From Barthelona sp. PAP020 (taxonomy: Eukaryota): a stretch of DNA of 62,323 nucleotides. Positions 1-9,501 of the stretch are shown here, piece by piece (within the stretch, counting starts at the first letter, position 1; each line of letters opens with the position of its first letter). Under the pieces are notes generated by a model, which saw only the letters and a program-made list of their open reading frames with translations, was not told where the DNA came from and ran no database searches. The stretch spans positions 1-62,323 of the forward strand of contig JARQWU010000032.1 of the NCBI GenBank assembly GCA_040182905.1, written 5' to 3'. Position numbers and translations under genes: made by a program.

Positions 1-257
1 GTGCTCTCCTATCGACTTGTTCTGACAAGAATTGACTCTGTTCTTTTAAACGATTCAGAGCATCCATATATTCAAAGTTAAAAATTAAATGAACATTTTT
101 TTTTGTTTTTCAAAAAAGAGTTGATTTTATTTAAGCCATACAAATACTTACACATTGTTATGGCAAAGAAATACGTGAAAAGAAGAAAACTATACAAATA
201 AACAAAATGCAAAGTCCCCTTTCTTTTAAATATTTTTTATTTCATCAAATATTAGTT

Positions 258-1136
258 ATGAGCAGAACAGAATTAATAACTGATGAGACGATTAATGATG
301 ATGAGTTTTATAATTTGCAACAATTGACATTTTCCAGAAATATTTTATTAAAATTATATTTAGAAGAGCATTTTGATACATTAATTGCTGGATTATTTTG
401 TAAAATATATTATGACGAAGAATATTACATTGCTCGCATTATTGAGTCTTTACATATTGATTGTGCATATTTAGTTGGAGATCAGAAAGTATACAAAGTC
501 TTTAAAGTGGAAATAGATGAAGATAAGGAACCTTTTATTATATCTTTTGTTTCTATTTCTGATAATCCAATTTCTTCTGTAGAATATAAAAATTCATCGT
601 TAAATTTTCTTTTAAAGGAAAATTTGGCGGAACAAATGAAGGCTTTTATTAGACAATTTCCTGATTTATTGACATATTACAAACAATTTTATGGATTTGA
701 AATGAAACAATTGTTTTTTTATGATTCAGAATTATTTAGTGATTTGCCAACAAAATATAAACACCAATTATTACGTTCAAGTGATTTAAATAGGAATTTC
801 GTGTCTGATTCTGAATTTAAAAAAGGAAGGGGAAGACCTCCCAAAGATATACCTTGGAATCGTGTTGTTGATGAAATATCTAATGGTGTATCACTAAATA
901 TAATTGCAAGAAACGTTGGTGTTACTTTATTAACTTTAAAGAAACGTTTGTTGTCTGAACATCGGGAATTGTTTGAAAATGTACCCACAAAGACTGATGA
1001 TTTTAGAAGTGTAAATATTATGAACATTGATGAAGTTTTTGAAGAAGATGTTAATGATTCTGATGTTACTATTGAATCTGATGTTGATGAATTGGAAACT
1101 ATCGATATTTCAAGCAAATATGACGATATTTTTTAA
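258..1136 (+). CDS. Plus3-domain protein with AT-hook and C-terminal helix-turn-helix
   Basis: N-terminal LQQLTFSRNILLKLYLEEHFDTLIAGLFCKI...YYIARI...ISDNPISSVEY resembles the Rtf1 Plus3 domain. It is followed by KKGRGRPPK (AT-hook) and GVSLNIIARNVGVTLLTLKKRL (HTH-like), then an acidic tail. The start may be ATG 207 or ATG 258. Confidence 0.6.
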   Translation: MSRTELITDETINDDEFYNLQQLTFSRNILLKLYLEEHFDTLIAGLFCKIYYDEEYYIARIIESLHIDCAYLVGDQKVYKVFKVEIDEDKEPFIISFVSISDNPISSVEYKNSSLNFLLKENLAEQMKAFIRQFPDLLTYYKQFYGFEMKQLFFYDSELFSDLPTKYKHQLLRSSDLNRNFVSDSEFKKGRGRPPKDIPWNRVVDEISNGVSLNIIARNVGVTLLTLKKRLLSEHRELFENVPTKTDDFRSVNIMNIDEVFEEDVNDSDVTIESDVDELETIDISSKYDDIF

Positions 1137-1336
1137 ATTTGTTGTCAATGTTTATTAAAGAAGAGTTTTTTGTTATGAGTTTGATCATAAAGTTTTGGTT
1201 TTATTGTTGTTATTTTTATTTTTTTTTTGTGTTTAATTTCCATTGTTTTTCTTTGTTTAAGATCCAGTCTTTTGGAGTTTTATTTACTTTTAATTTTGCT
1301 TTTGAAAGAGAATGAAGCAAAATCCTTGAATCTTTC

Positions 1337-1845
1337 AAAAATGGATTTCACAAATTGTCTTTAATAATTGAAGTTTCATGACTATATGCTTTTTAAAATA
1401 CATTTTCCTTTCAAAATTGGACCAGTAGTGAAAAAACTATGTTTATTTACAAAGAAAGTAAACTCAGAAAACTCATTCTAGCAATTTTCCGTCAAAATCC
1501 CAGAGGGGGAATTGACAGATTGACATGTAATTGGAACGATTAAGCAGGAGAATTTCGGAGAAATTCTTTATTCCTATTCTTTTGTATTTTTGCAAAAGCA
1601 AAATTTTAAAGTTTAAACTTTACCTTAGAAAATCTAAAGTTTTTCAACAGATCAATCGGGCCTCGAAAGCCTTTAACCAAATAAACACTGTTCTTTTTTA
1701 TTCACACATACGCACAGTGCTTCTTGGCTTAGAAATCTTTCAATAGATTAATCATGCCTTACAAATATTTGACTGTATAAACACCATTCTCTTTTGTTCA
1801 CTAATATTACAGCATTTCTTGACTTGGAAATAAATCTAATAGAAA
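1337..1845 (+). repeat. Degenerate dispersed repeat, copy A, with internal 96-bp tandem units
   Basis: Shares collinear blocks with 9180-9440 and 33905-34369. Internal periodicity: tttcaacagatcaatc at 1642 vs tttcaatagattaatc at 1738, and ataaacactgttc at 1681 vs ataaacaccattc at 1777. Confidence 0.7.
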
Positions 1846-2053
1846 GGTAATTAAATAATAATAATTAATATTTTATTTATTTTGTTAATTTTTTCCTCTT
1901 CTAAAAAATTCAAATTGATTAAAATTAATAAACTATTTACATTATAAATATAAAAAAAATTCAAAAAATGAATTTGGAATAATTTCTGAAACAGTGAGCA
2001 AGCCAAAAAAAAATTCTCTTCAACAAAGATTTCATTCTTACAACTAAATATCA

Positions 2054-3418
2054 CTAATTTTGATAGCTAAATGAAGACGAAGGTGAAGAAAATGACACAT
2101 TAAAGTTACTACCAACTCGATGCGACCCAAATGTGTGATTTGTTTGAAAACGAGTTTGAAATGGTTCCTGAGCATTGAAACTAAATGTTGTTCTTGTTCT
2201 GAACTGTTGTTGATTTGTTGATCCTGATTGATTTTGTGGTTGAGAATGAAATGAAAAACCATGATTATTACTATTTCTGTTGTTTGACCTTGGATTCCAT
2301 CTTTGTTCTTGTGCATTATTTTTCATTAGGTTGTCAATGTGCTTTAAAGCCCTGTTAGCAGCTTCATCTTCTGGATCTAATTCATGTGCTTTCCCGTATC
2401 CTAAAGTCAAAGCGTTGGATAATTCTCCCTTTTGTAGATAATTAAACCCCAGTCTTCTGAAAATTTTTGAATTTCTGGGCATAATTTCAGCAGCAATGTT
2501 GCAATCTTTGATAGACTCATCATATTTTTCCATTTTTGATAGAGCTGCTGCTCGGTTCAAAAATAAGATTCCGTCTTGTGTTGGCTCTAAAATATCAATG
2601 GCATTTGAATATAATCCTACAGCTTCTTCGAACTTATTATTTCTCATGGCATCATTTGCTTGTTTTTTTATCAAATTACACTCCTCAATTTTTTTTTTAA
2701 CATTAATTTCTTCCATGCTTGGTATAAACGACTCGAACTCATTAGAAGGAAGCATGATTTCTTCAGATGTTTTCATATAGTTCGGAATTTCAATTTCTTT
2801 CAATGGTTGTTCCAGAATTGTTACAATATTCATTTTACTTTGTTCAGTTTTTTGAGACAATATCTCAATTGTTTCATCAATAGTATCAATTGTTCCCTGC
2901 AACTCTACAATCCGAATTAATGCCTTATTTGCTTCAGTATTTGACAAATCATATTCAATAGCATTTTCTCTTTTGCATCTGAAAGAAATTTCTTTGGAAG
3001 CAATTAATTCTGCTAAAAATACCTTTTTTTTATTGTGCATATCCAATAAATTTTCCAATTTATCTAATTCAATCAATTTTTTTTTTTTCACAAGAATGTA
3101 GAAAACAAGAGCTCTTCTATTCGCAATAAACATTTCTAACTTCCCTAATGCATTATTTTCCGTTGTGTTGACAGTAACTTTGTTCTTTTGTTCTTTCTGT
3201 TCTTCATGCAATTGTTTCTTAAAAGATAAAACAACATCTCTCAAAACATTATTTGGTTTCAATTGATCTATACATAATGGTTTTCGGGTAATTGGACAAG
3301 TTCTTGATTGTTGAAGCCAATCTTCAATGCTTTTTCGACTAAAAGTATGACCATATGGAGTAATAACTGGATCTTCTAAATAATCATATGTAATAGGATC
3401 TTTTAATAAGTCCTCCAT
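2054..3418 (-). CDS. U-box E3 ubiquitin ligase with TPR repeats
   Basis: N-terminal U-box (DPITYDYLEDPVITPYGHTFSRKSIEDWL...CPITRKPL...LKPNNVLRDVV). Three TPRs (ANDAMRNNKFEEAVGLYSNAI, LFLNRAAALSKMEKYDESIKDC, AHELDP). Q/N/F/S-rich tail. Confidence 0.85.
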   Translation of the reverse strand: MEDLLKDPITYDYLEDPVITPYGHTFSRKSIEDWLQQSRTCPITRKPLCIDQLKPNNVLRDVVLSFKKQLHEEQKEQKNKVTVNTTENNALGKLEMFIANRRALVFYILVKKKKLIELDKLENLLDMHNKKKVFLAELIASKEISFRCKRENAIEYDLSNTEANKALIRIVELQGTIDTIDETIEILSQKTEQSKMNIVTILEQPLKEIEIPNYMKTSEEIMLPSNEFESFIPSMEEINVKKKIEECNLIKKQANDAMRNNKFEEAVGLYSNAIDILEPTQDGILFLNRAAALSKMEKYDESIKDCNIAAEIMPRNSKIFRRLGFNYLQKGELSNALTLGYGKAHELDPEDEAANRALKHIDNLMKNNAQEQRWNPRSNNRNSNNHGFSFHSQPQNQSGSTNQQQFRTRTTFSFNAQEPFQTRFQTNHTFGSHRVGSNFNVSFSSPSSSFSYQN

Positions 3419-3658
3419 TTAAAAAACAACAAAAAAGTTGATTTGCTCATTCTTGAAAAGGATTTTTATCAAATGATCTCCTTCTTTTGATTTTTTGTCT
3501 TGGTTGTATTGATTTATTGCAAATATGACATATTATTAAAAGAAAAGTAAACTTTTGATTGTTACTTGGTATCAACAACAATTGTCAATTCTTTATTTGA
3601 TAAAAATTGATATTTCCTATTTTAATGAAAAAATAAAATATTAAAGATTTCAATACAT

Positions 3659-5590
3659 TTACATTGGAAAAAAAAACTGAGCACATTCATCAAATAATAA
3701 AATACCTGTTTGATTTTTGTCCAATTGCTTAATAGCATGCTTTAAATTGCCATTATAACCGACAATTCCACCCAATCTCAAAAATTGCTCGTAATTGATT
3801 TTTCCATCTTCGTCTTCATCTACATTTCTAAATGCAGTAATAAATGCACTCAATGACTGTTCACGTTTATCAAGAATATATTTTATTAAAGCGTTGATGA
3901 AATCAACAACATAAATTTCCTGATCATCAGACATTTTGTCCTCCATATAATCAAACAATTCAATTGAATTGCCCAAACTTTCATCTTGAAAGATGATGTT
4001 CAATATTGCAGGCCACTCATTTTCTTTCAAAATTTCATTAGGAATTGAACATGTATTATTCAAAGAAGAAATATCCTTTATTATGTCATAAACTGTTTCT
4101 CTCACTTCAACACATCTCTTATATGTGTTAAAATCCAAATTCATGTCTAAAACTTTCCCTAAAACTTTCACAAATATATCTTCATGTTGAAATTCAACAA
4201 TTCCATCAAAAAAAGCGGTTGCGTTTTTTGTGATTAAATTTGGTAATCCATATTTCAAATGAAGCATTGTGTATAAGTGTTCTGCAAGGGTTTCATGAAC
4301 TTTTTTGTTTGAGAAAGATGTTAACAGTTCCTCAATCATTTCGTCTAATTGTAATTTTGAAAGCTTCTTTTTCCTTGCAGCCTCTAACTTGTTTTGAGTT
4401 GAAGAAGGAGAATGAACTGGTGACGAATATTGTCCAGAAAAAGATACAGCAGAAGCCTCAGAATTGTAAGGATTATAATTGTACACACTATTGGATGAAT
4501 TCATTGCAAGTTGAGTATATGTGGTAGAGTTGAGATTTCTTTTTGGGGATGAAGTTTGAGACAAATTTAGTTGACTTCTTAAGAGTTTAATTTCATCTAA
4601 AAGTTTGGTCCTTTCTTTGTGAAAAGCAGCTGAAATTTCAGAAGTTTCTCTTGCAAAATTTTCACTTTCCATTTCCAAAGTTCTTGCAGCTTTAAGAAGA
4701 CTTTCATGTTCTTCTTCTAATTCAGCATTACGTTTTTGAAGAACCAACATTGAATTTGCAAAATATCCAGAAAGATGCGAGATAACAGTATCCAACATTG
4801 TATTTTGCTGTGACATCGCTAAAAACATATTATCAACAGATATCCTTCCTTGACGAGGTAATTTAGACACAAAAATCTCTGATGCAATCCTAAAAGCTTT
4901 TTCATTGATGGAACGATGATATTGAATGGTGGCTAAAGGATCATTTTTCCCTTTTAAATCATTTAAAATTGGGGTTGCAACTTCAAACAACTCTTGAATA
5001 TCTGAATCATCTGCATCCAATGAAACAACAGCTTGACTGAATAAACCAACATCAAATTTTAAATTACAAGCAATACCGTTTAAGCTAAGTCTGGCAGAAG
5101 AATCAAAAGCACTGACTGGAGGAGGAGAATTTGGTATCACATCAAATTTTTGGTTTTGTTCTTTATTTGATATGGTAGTTGGAAATTCTGTTGAAATATC
5201 GATATCAGAATCAGAATCTTCCAGCAATAAAACAGAACCTGCTAAAGGAATAGTTATCTCATAGTCAACCAAAGAACGCGAATTATAACTCAATAAATTT
5301 GGCAATTCAGTTTGAATATAACTTTTTTGTTCGAAAGGTGCAAATAAATGTTTTAAATTTGGCAAAGTCTTCAAAGCACAAACAACTTTTTCAAAATCCA
5401 AACCAATATTTTGATCTAAATCCAATACTTCAATACGTAATTTCGATAAATCATCCCCTAAATTGTTCAAAGAATTTCCACATAGATGTAAATATTTCAA
5501 ATTTGGTAATAGAGCTAATTGTGGAATAATTGGTTCCAAATCATCAGTCTGTGAAATATCTAAATGAATTCTATCTGAATCTGGATCCAT
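3659..5590 (-). CDS. LRR + coiled-coil + EF-hand protein (TSNAXIP1-like C-terminal region)
   Basis: N-terminal LRRs (LPNLKYLHLCGNSL, LRIEVLDLDQN), a central coiled coil, a LHLKYGLPNLI...FVKVLGKVL segment, and an EF-hand pair (DEDEDGKINYEQF, DKNQTGILLFDE). Confidence 0.65.
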   Translation of the reverse strand: MDPDSDRIHLDISQTDDLEPIIPQLALLPNLKYLHLCGNSLNNLGDDLSKLRIEVLDLDQNIGLDFEKVVCALKTLPNLKHLFAPFEQKSYIQTELPNLLSYNSRSLVDYEITIPLAGSVLLLEDSDSDIDISTEFPTTISNKEQNQKFDVIPNSPPPVSAFDSSARLSLNGIACNLKFDVGLFSQAVVSLDADDSDIQELFEVATPILNDLKGKNDPLATIQYHRSINEKAFRIASEIFVSKLPRQGRISVDNMFLAMSQQNTMLDTVISHLSGYFANSMLVLQKRNAELEEEHESLLKAARTLEMESENFARETSEISAAFHKERTKLLDEIKLLRSQLNLSQTSSPKRNLNSTTYTQLAMNSSNSVYNYNPYNSEASAVSFSGQYSSPVHSPSSTQNKLEAARKKKLSKLQLDEMIEELLTSFSNKKVHETLAEHLYTMLHLKYGLPNLITKNATAFFDGIVEFQHEDIFVKVLGKVLDMNLDFNTYKRCVEVRETVYDIIKDISSLNNTCSIPNEILKENEWPAILNIIFQDESLGNSIELFDYMEDKMSDDQEIYVVDFINALIKYILDKREQSLSAFITAFRNVDEDEDGKINYEQFLRLGGIVGYNGNLKHAIKQLDKNQTGILLFDECAQFFFPM

Positions 5591-5639
5591 TTAACTTCAA
5601 CAGAAAAAACAAAATCAATAATTTTTGTTTATTGTCTCG

Positions 5640-6290
5640 ATGGTTGAAATTAAAAACATCAACTTTTCATCATCTTTAGATAGTTTTGTACGTTATCCAA
5701 TCAAAAATAGATGGATTTTTAGTGGAATTTTGGTTTTATTTTTTTGGTTAAGAATATTATTGATTAAAGGATTCTATGTTGTTGCTTATGCATATGCGTT
5801 GTTTCTTTTAACATGTTTGATCGCTTTTATTACCCCTGCAAGAAAAGATTTGTTGAATCAGACGGAAGATGGAGAGTATAGACCATTTCCTCGTGTATCT
5901 TCTGAATTTAATACATGGGTTAAGATTTCAATTTCCACGATCATTGCTATTTTTTGTTCATTCATAACTTTCCTTGATTTTGAGGTTGTTCCTGCTGTTT
6001 TAATTATGTATTTTGTTATTATTTTTATAGTAACGATGAGAGAATCAATTCAAGATATGTTAAAGTATCGTTATGTTCCTTTATCAAAAAGTAAAAAAAA
6101 ATATGAGAGAAAACAGATAGATGTTGATGATGACATCGGAGCCAATGATTTGAGTGTGTATCTGCAAAATAATGTTGCGATTGATGTTGATATTACCAGA
6201 AAAAGTTCACCTCCACCAATAGCATTGAATGATACAACTTTAAACGCTTCAGATAGTAATGTTGATGTTACTCGTGCTAAGAAAGGTTAA
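5640..6290 (+). CDS. RER1: Rer1 ER-retrieval receptor
   Basis: RW...FWLRILLIKGFYVVAYAYALFLL..LIAFITP, EYRPFPR..SEF..W and TMRESIQDMLKYRYVP..SKKKY are Rer1 family hallmarks. The first ATG is at 5640. Confidence 0.9.
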   Translation: MVEIKNINFSSSLDSFVRYPIKNRWIFSGILVLFFWLRILLIKGFYVVAYAYALFLLTCLIAFITPARKDLLNQTEDGEYRPFPRVSSEFNTWVKISISTIIAIFCSFITFLDFEVVPAVLIMYFVIIFIVTMRESIQDMLKYRYVPLSKSKKKYERKQIDVDDDIGANDLSVYLQNNVAIDVDITRKSSPPPIALNDTTLNASDSNVDVTRAKKG

Positions 6291-6387
6291 AAATAAATGA
6301 TAGGTCTAATATGTCTTGAATTTTTTTTATTTTATCAAAAAAAGAAAACGACAAGGAACAAAACATATTCACAACATATTTATCTTT

Positions 6388-7215
6388 TCACTGATGGTTT
6401 CGAGGGCAATTTTTGTTTGAAGGAGATAATCTTGTGTCTATTCTATTGATGATTTCACCTTTCAAAAAACCTTGAGGTTGAACATTCACACTAAGTTCAA
6501 CTCTTTCACCTTCTAGATAATTATTGATCTTGTTTACATGTTCTACAATGATATATCGTAAACAACTTTGAGGATGAGGGCAATACACATATAAAAATGA
6601 GTCTGATATGCCTAAAATTACTCCAGTTAAGATTAAATGATCAATGTGATTGATAACTTCAATAATTTCACCTTGAGGTTGAAGTTGATCTGATAATCTT
6701 CTAGAAAATAGTACAATATCTGCATTTTGAACTGGATTAGTATTGTTTGAATTCTTTGGTTGTTGAAAATATGTCTCAAATAGATTCGAACTCAATAACC
6801 ACCCATCGCCTTTGTGAGCAGATCTTAACTTGTAAACTACCCCAATGTCTAATGTTTCCGGCAAATGAGTAACTTTGAAACTGGCAAGAGAATCAATTGT
6901 AACAGTATTTTGATTGTAGAGACTAGTAATTGTGACTTTAGAAGATAGAAGACTATATTCTGATTTAATAGAAGTTAATTTTTCATTTAAATCATCTGAT
7001 AGTGAAATACTTTCGTATTCAAAAAAATGTATGACAAAATCATCATCTTCAACAAGAATAACACCAGAATGAGTTTCATTTTGTGAAGGATGATAAAATA
7101 CTATTGTTCCATGAATAACCTTTTCAATTTTTTCAAATTTTTTGATTGAACAATTGTATTTTTTGTTTGATTCAAAAATATATGGATCTATTACTATATT
7201 ACTTTGAAGTACCAT
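6388..7215 (-). CDS. Hypothetical protein (beta-rich, possibly OB-fold-like)
   Basis: 275-aa ATG-initiated ORF in AT-rich DNA; no family recognised. Confidence 0.6.
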   Translation of the reverse strand: MVLQSNIVIDPYIFESNKKYNCSIKKFEKIEKVIHGTIVFYHPSQNETHSGVILVEDDDFVIHFFEYESISLSDDLNEKLTSIKSEYSLLSSKVTITSLYNQNTVTIDSLASFKVTHLPETLDIGVVYKLRSAHKGDGWLLSSNLFETYFQQPKNSNNTNPVQNADIVLFSRRLSDQLQPQGEIIEVINHIDHLILTGVILGISDSFLYVYCPHPQSCLRYIIVEHVNKINNYLEGERVELSVNVQPQGFLKGEIINRIDTRLSPSNKNCPRNHQ

Positions 7216-7651
7216 AAAATATACTTATTAGTAAATTCTTTTTGTTTGGTTGAAAATAAAATGATTATCAATGAGGGAATTGGAAAAAAATCTCCTCGAA
7301 AATTTATTCAATTCATTTTTCATATTTTCTTTGAACAGTTTACAACTTCAGTAATAATTTAATAATTTTTATTGTTCGTTTGAATTATTAAAAATGTTGT
7401 TGAAAAATCTATTTGTGAAAGCTTACTGAACTGAATGACAAATATTTTTTCTTTTAGAAATTTGGTGTGGTTCCAGTGTACATATACTGTTTATGACAAA
7501 AAGGTTGTTTAATTTTGGAACAGTTGAATATTTTTCATCTAATTTTGAAATATTGATTGTTTTTGATCAAAACATTTAAAACCTTCATGTAAAACAATTG
7601 AAAATAAAAAATTAAAATAATATACATTTATTTCAATAAACAAATTGTTTA

Positions 7652-8713
7652 TCAACTAAAGTCGGCATCGGCGCCTTTATCAACTAAATCAATATCGAAT
7701 ATTCTTTTTGTAATTTGCAACGTATATTTTTTGGTCGAAGTAGGTGTACATTCAACATCACAATTAGAACCTGTTTTTTTAAAACGACTTGACAAAGCAT
7801 AAATACCCCCATAACTTTGAGTTGCTTCAACTTTAGCGCAAGTTTCAGTGGGGAAACCAACTTCAACAGGTCCAGTTGTTGTGGTGATTGAGATTGGTAC
7901 TTCTGAAGAGGTAGAAGTATGGGGAGATAAATGCTTAATAATAATGTATCCAGTTTGACTTTGAAAGGTCCCATTCAGTGCAGCACTGCCTAAATAGGGA
8001 TGAAAGCTCAAACGATCGATTTGCACAGTACTTATTGGAGAATCAACAATATGCACAGTTAAATTTTTAAAATAGGCTGCATTGGTTGCTAGCTTTAAAT
8101 ACAGATACCCAATCTGTATTTCATTGGGAAAATAAATTGGTTTTTGTCCCAAATCTTCCCAACCTGACTCAGCTTCAATCTGAATGCTGTTCCAAATTTT
8201 ACCTTTAGGATATTTAACAGTGAATAGAACAACATGACATCCCAACAACAATTCATTGACAGTTTGTTCCAATTCGTAGGTGACCCTTTTATCTGTAATA
8301 GCAATATTAATTGGATTAACCACATGAGGAATACTTGAAGGCTTCTTGATTTCCGAAGTTATGTTTTGACTGTTCTTGTGAACCTGAGTGATTTGAATCT
8401 TGTCTTCACTCCATTCAACAAATTTAACATTAATCACAGATGCATTGAAGACTAAAGCATTAACATCATCAGTGGCAAATTCATGAATATAGGTCTTTGA
8501 ATAGGATTGTAAAGTACAAACTACACTCTTATAGGATACAACGATAATTATGACCAATACAGCTAAAAAGAATACACATGAAAATAAACTCATGATACAA
8601 CCTTTCTCTTTTTCTGGGTCATCCTCAGACAAATAAAATTCTTCTGGGATTTCATCATAATCTATTTCTTGAATCTCTTCATCTAATATTCCTTGCTCTT
8701 CTTTTTTGCCCAT
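7652..8713 (-). CDS. Single-pass (type II) membrane protein with beta-rich extracellular domain
   Basis: Acidic N-terminus, a hydrophobic segment CVFFLAVLVIIIVVSY, then a beta-strand-rich Thr/Ser region. Confidence 0.65.
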   Translation of the reverse strand: MGKKEEQGILDEEIQEIDYDEIPEEFYLSEDDPEKEKGCIMSLFSCVFFLAVLVIIIVVSYKSVVCTLQSYSKTYIHEFATDDVNALVFNASVINVKFVEWSEDKIQITQVHKNSQNITSEIKKPSSIPHVVNPINIAITDKRVTYELEQTVNELLLGCHVVLFTVKYPKGKIWNSIQIEAESGWEDLGQKPIYFPNEIQIGYLYLKLATNAAYFKNLTVHIVDSPISTVQIDRLSFHPYLGSAALNGTFQSQTGYIIIKHLSPHTSTSSEVPISITTTTGPVEVGFPTETCAKVEATQSYGGIYALSSRFKKTGSNCDVECTPTSTKKYTLQITKRIFDIDLVDKGADADFS

Positions 8714-9179
8714 TATTTCTTGACAATATTAAGAAAAAAAATAAAATTAATTCAACCTAATAATAGGATTGTTTTATTTTCGGTTCCAAGAAAAAGTTGA
8801 TATTCTTAATATCCTATAATTTATTTTAAGAATTCCATGAAATTGAAGAATCAACAAACAGAAAGAAAGAGAAAAGTGAGAAATTTTCTTCAAGAAAATT
8901 TCACATTTTGTTATTAGATCTGTTTTTTTGAAGCATAGTATATAAAATATATTATCAAAGAAGTTGTTTCAAAAGAAATGAGGGGCTTTTTTTTAAACTG
9001 TTTATTTTCTTACAATTTTCTTTTTTTTTTCATTTTTTAAACAGGGTAAGCGTAAAAGGTTAGTCTTTTTGTGAAACGACAATTTTTATTTGCACAATAA
9101 AAAAACAGATGGGAAACTCTTTTTTCCATTTTCAACTAAGAATAAGTTAAGTATCACATTAAAAACCGCTTGAATTTTT

Positions 9180-9440
9180 TTGGTCCAGTTGTAAAACACC
9201 AATATTTATTTACAGAGAAGGTAAATACAGAAAACCCACCCAAGCAAATTTCTACCAATTCCCCAAAAGGGGAATTCAAGTTGAAATTCAATTTTAATGA
9301 TCAAGTATAAAAATTTGGAAAAAATTTCACTGTCATTGTCTTTTACATTCAGTAAATAACATTTTTTTAAGTCTTCATTTTCACTTTGAAAGATTGGAAA
9401 TTTCAAGAGATCAATCTGCTTTCGAGAGCTTTGAACTGAT
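9180..9440 (+). repeat. Degenerate dispersed repeat, copy B
   Basis: ggtccagttgta...tttatttacagagaaggtaaatacagaaaac...ggggaatt...gatcaatctgctttcgagagc is collinear with copy A ggaccagtagtg...tttatttacaaagaaagtaaactcagaaaac...ggggaatt...gatcaatcgggcctcgaaagc. Confidence 0.7.
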
Positions 9441-9501
9441 GATTTATTCTATTGTTCACCAGCAAAGCCATCAACAAAGAAGAAGAATTACAAATATCAA
9501 A

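Noticed and set aside
1531..1746. 71-aa ORF as a real gene
   Set aside because: It has a non-ATG start and lies inside the degenerate repeat; the homologous copies are disrupted.
1640..1845. CRISPR-like repeat-spacer array
   Set aside because: The units are degenerate along their whole length, with no identical repeats or unique spacers. There are no cas genes and the context is eukaryotic.
7440..7530. Additional copy of the dispersed repeat
   Set aside because: There is only a weak match (tggttccagtgta...gtttatgacaaaaaggt) that could arise by chance in AT-rich DNA.
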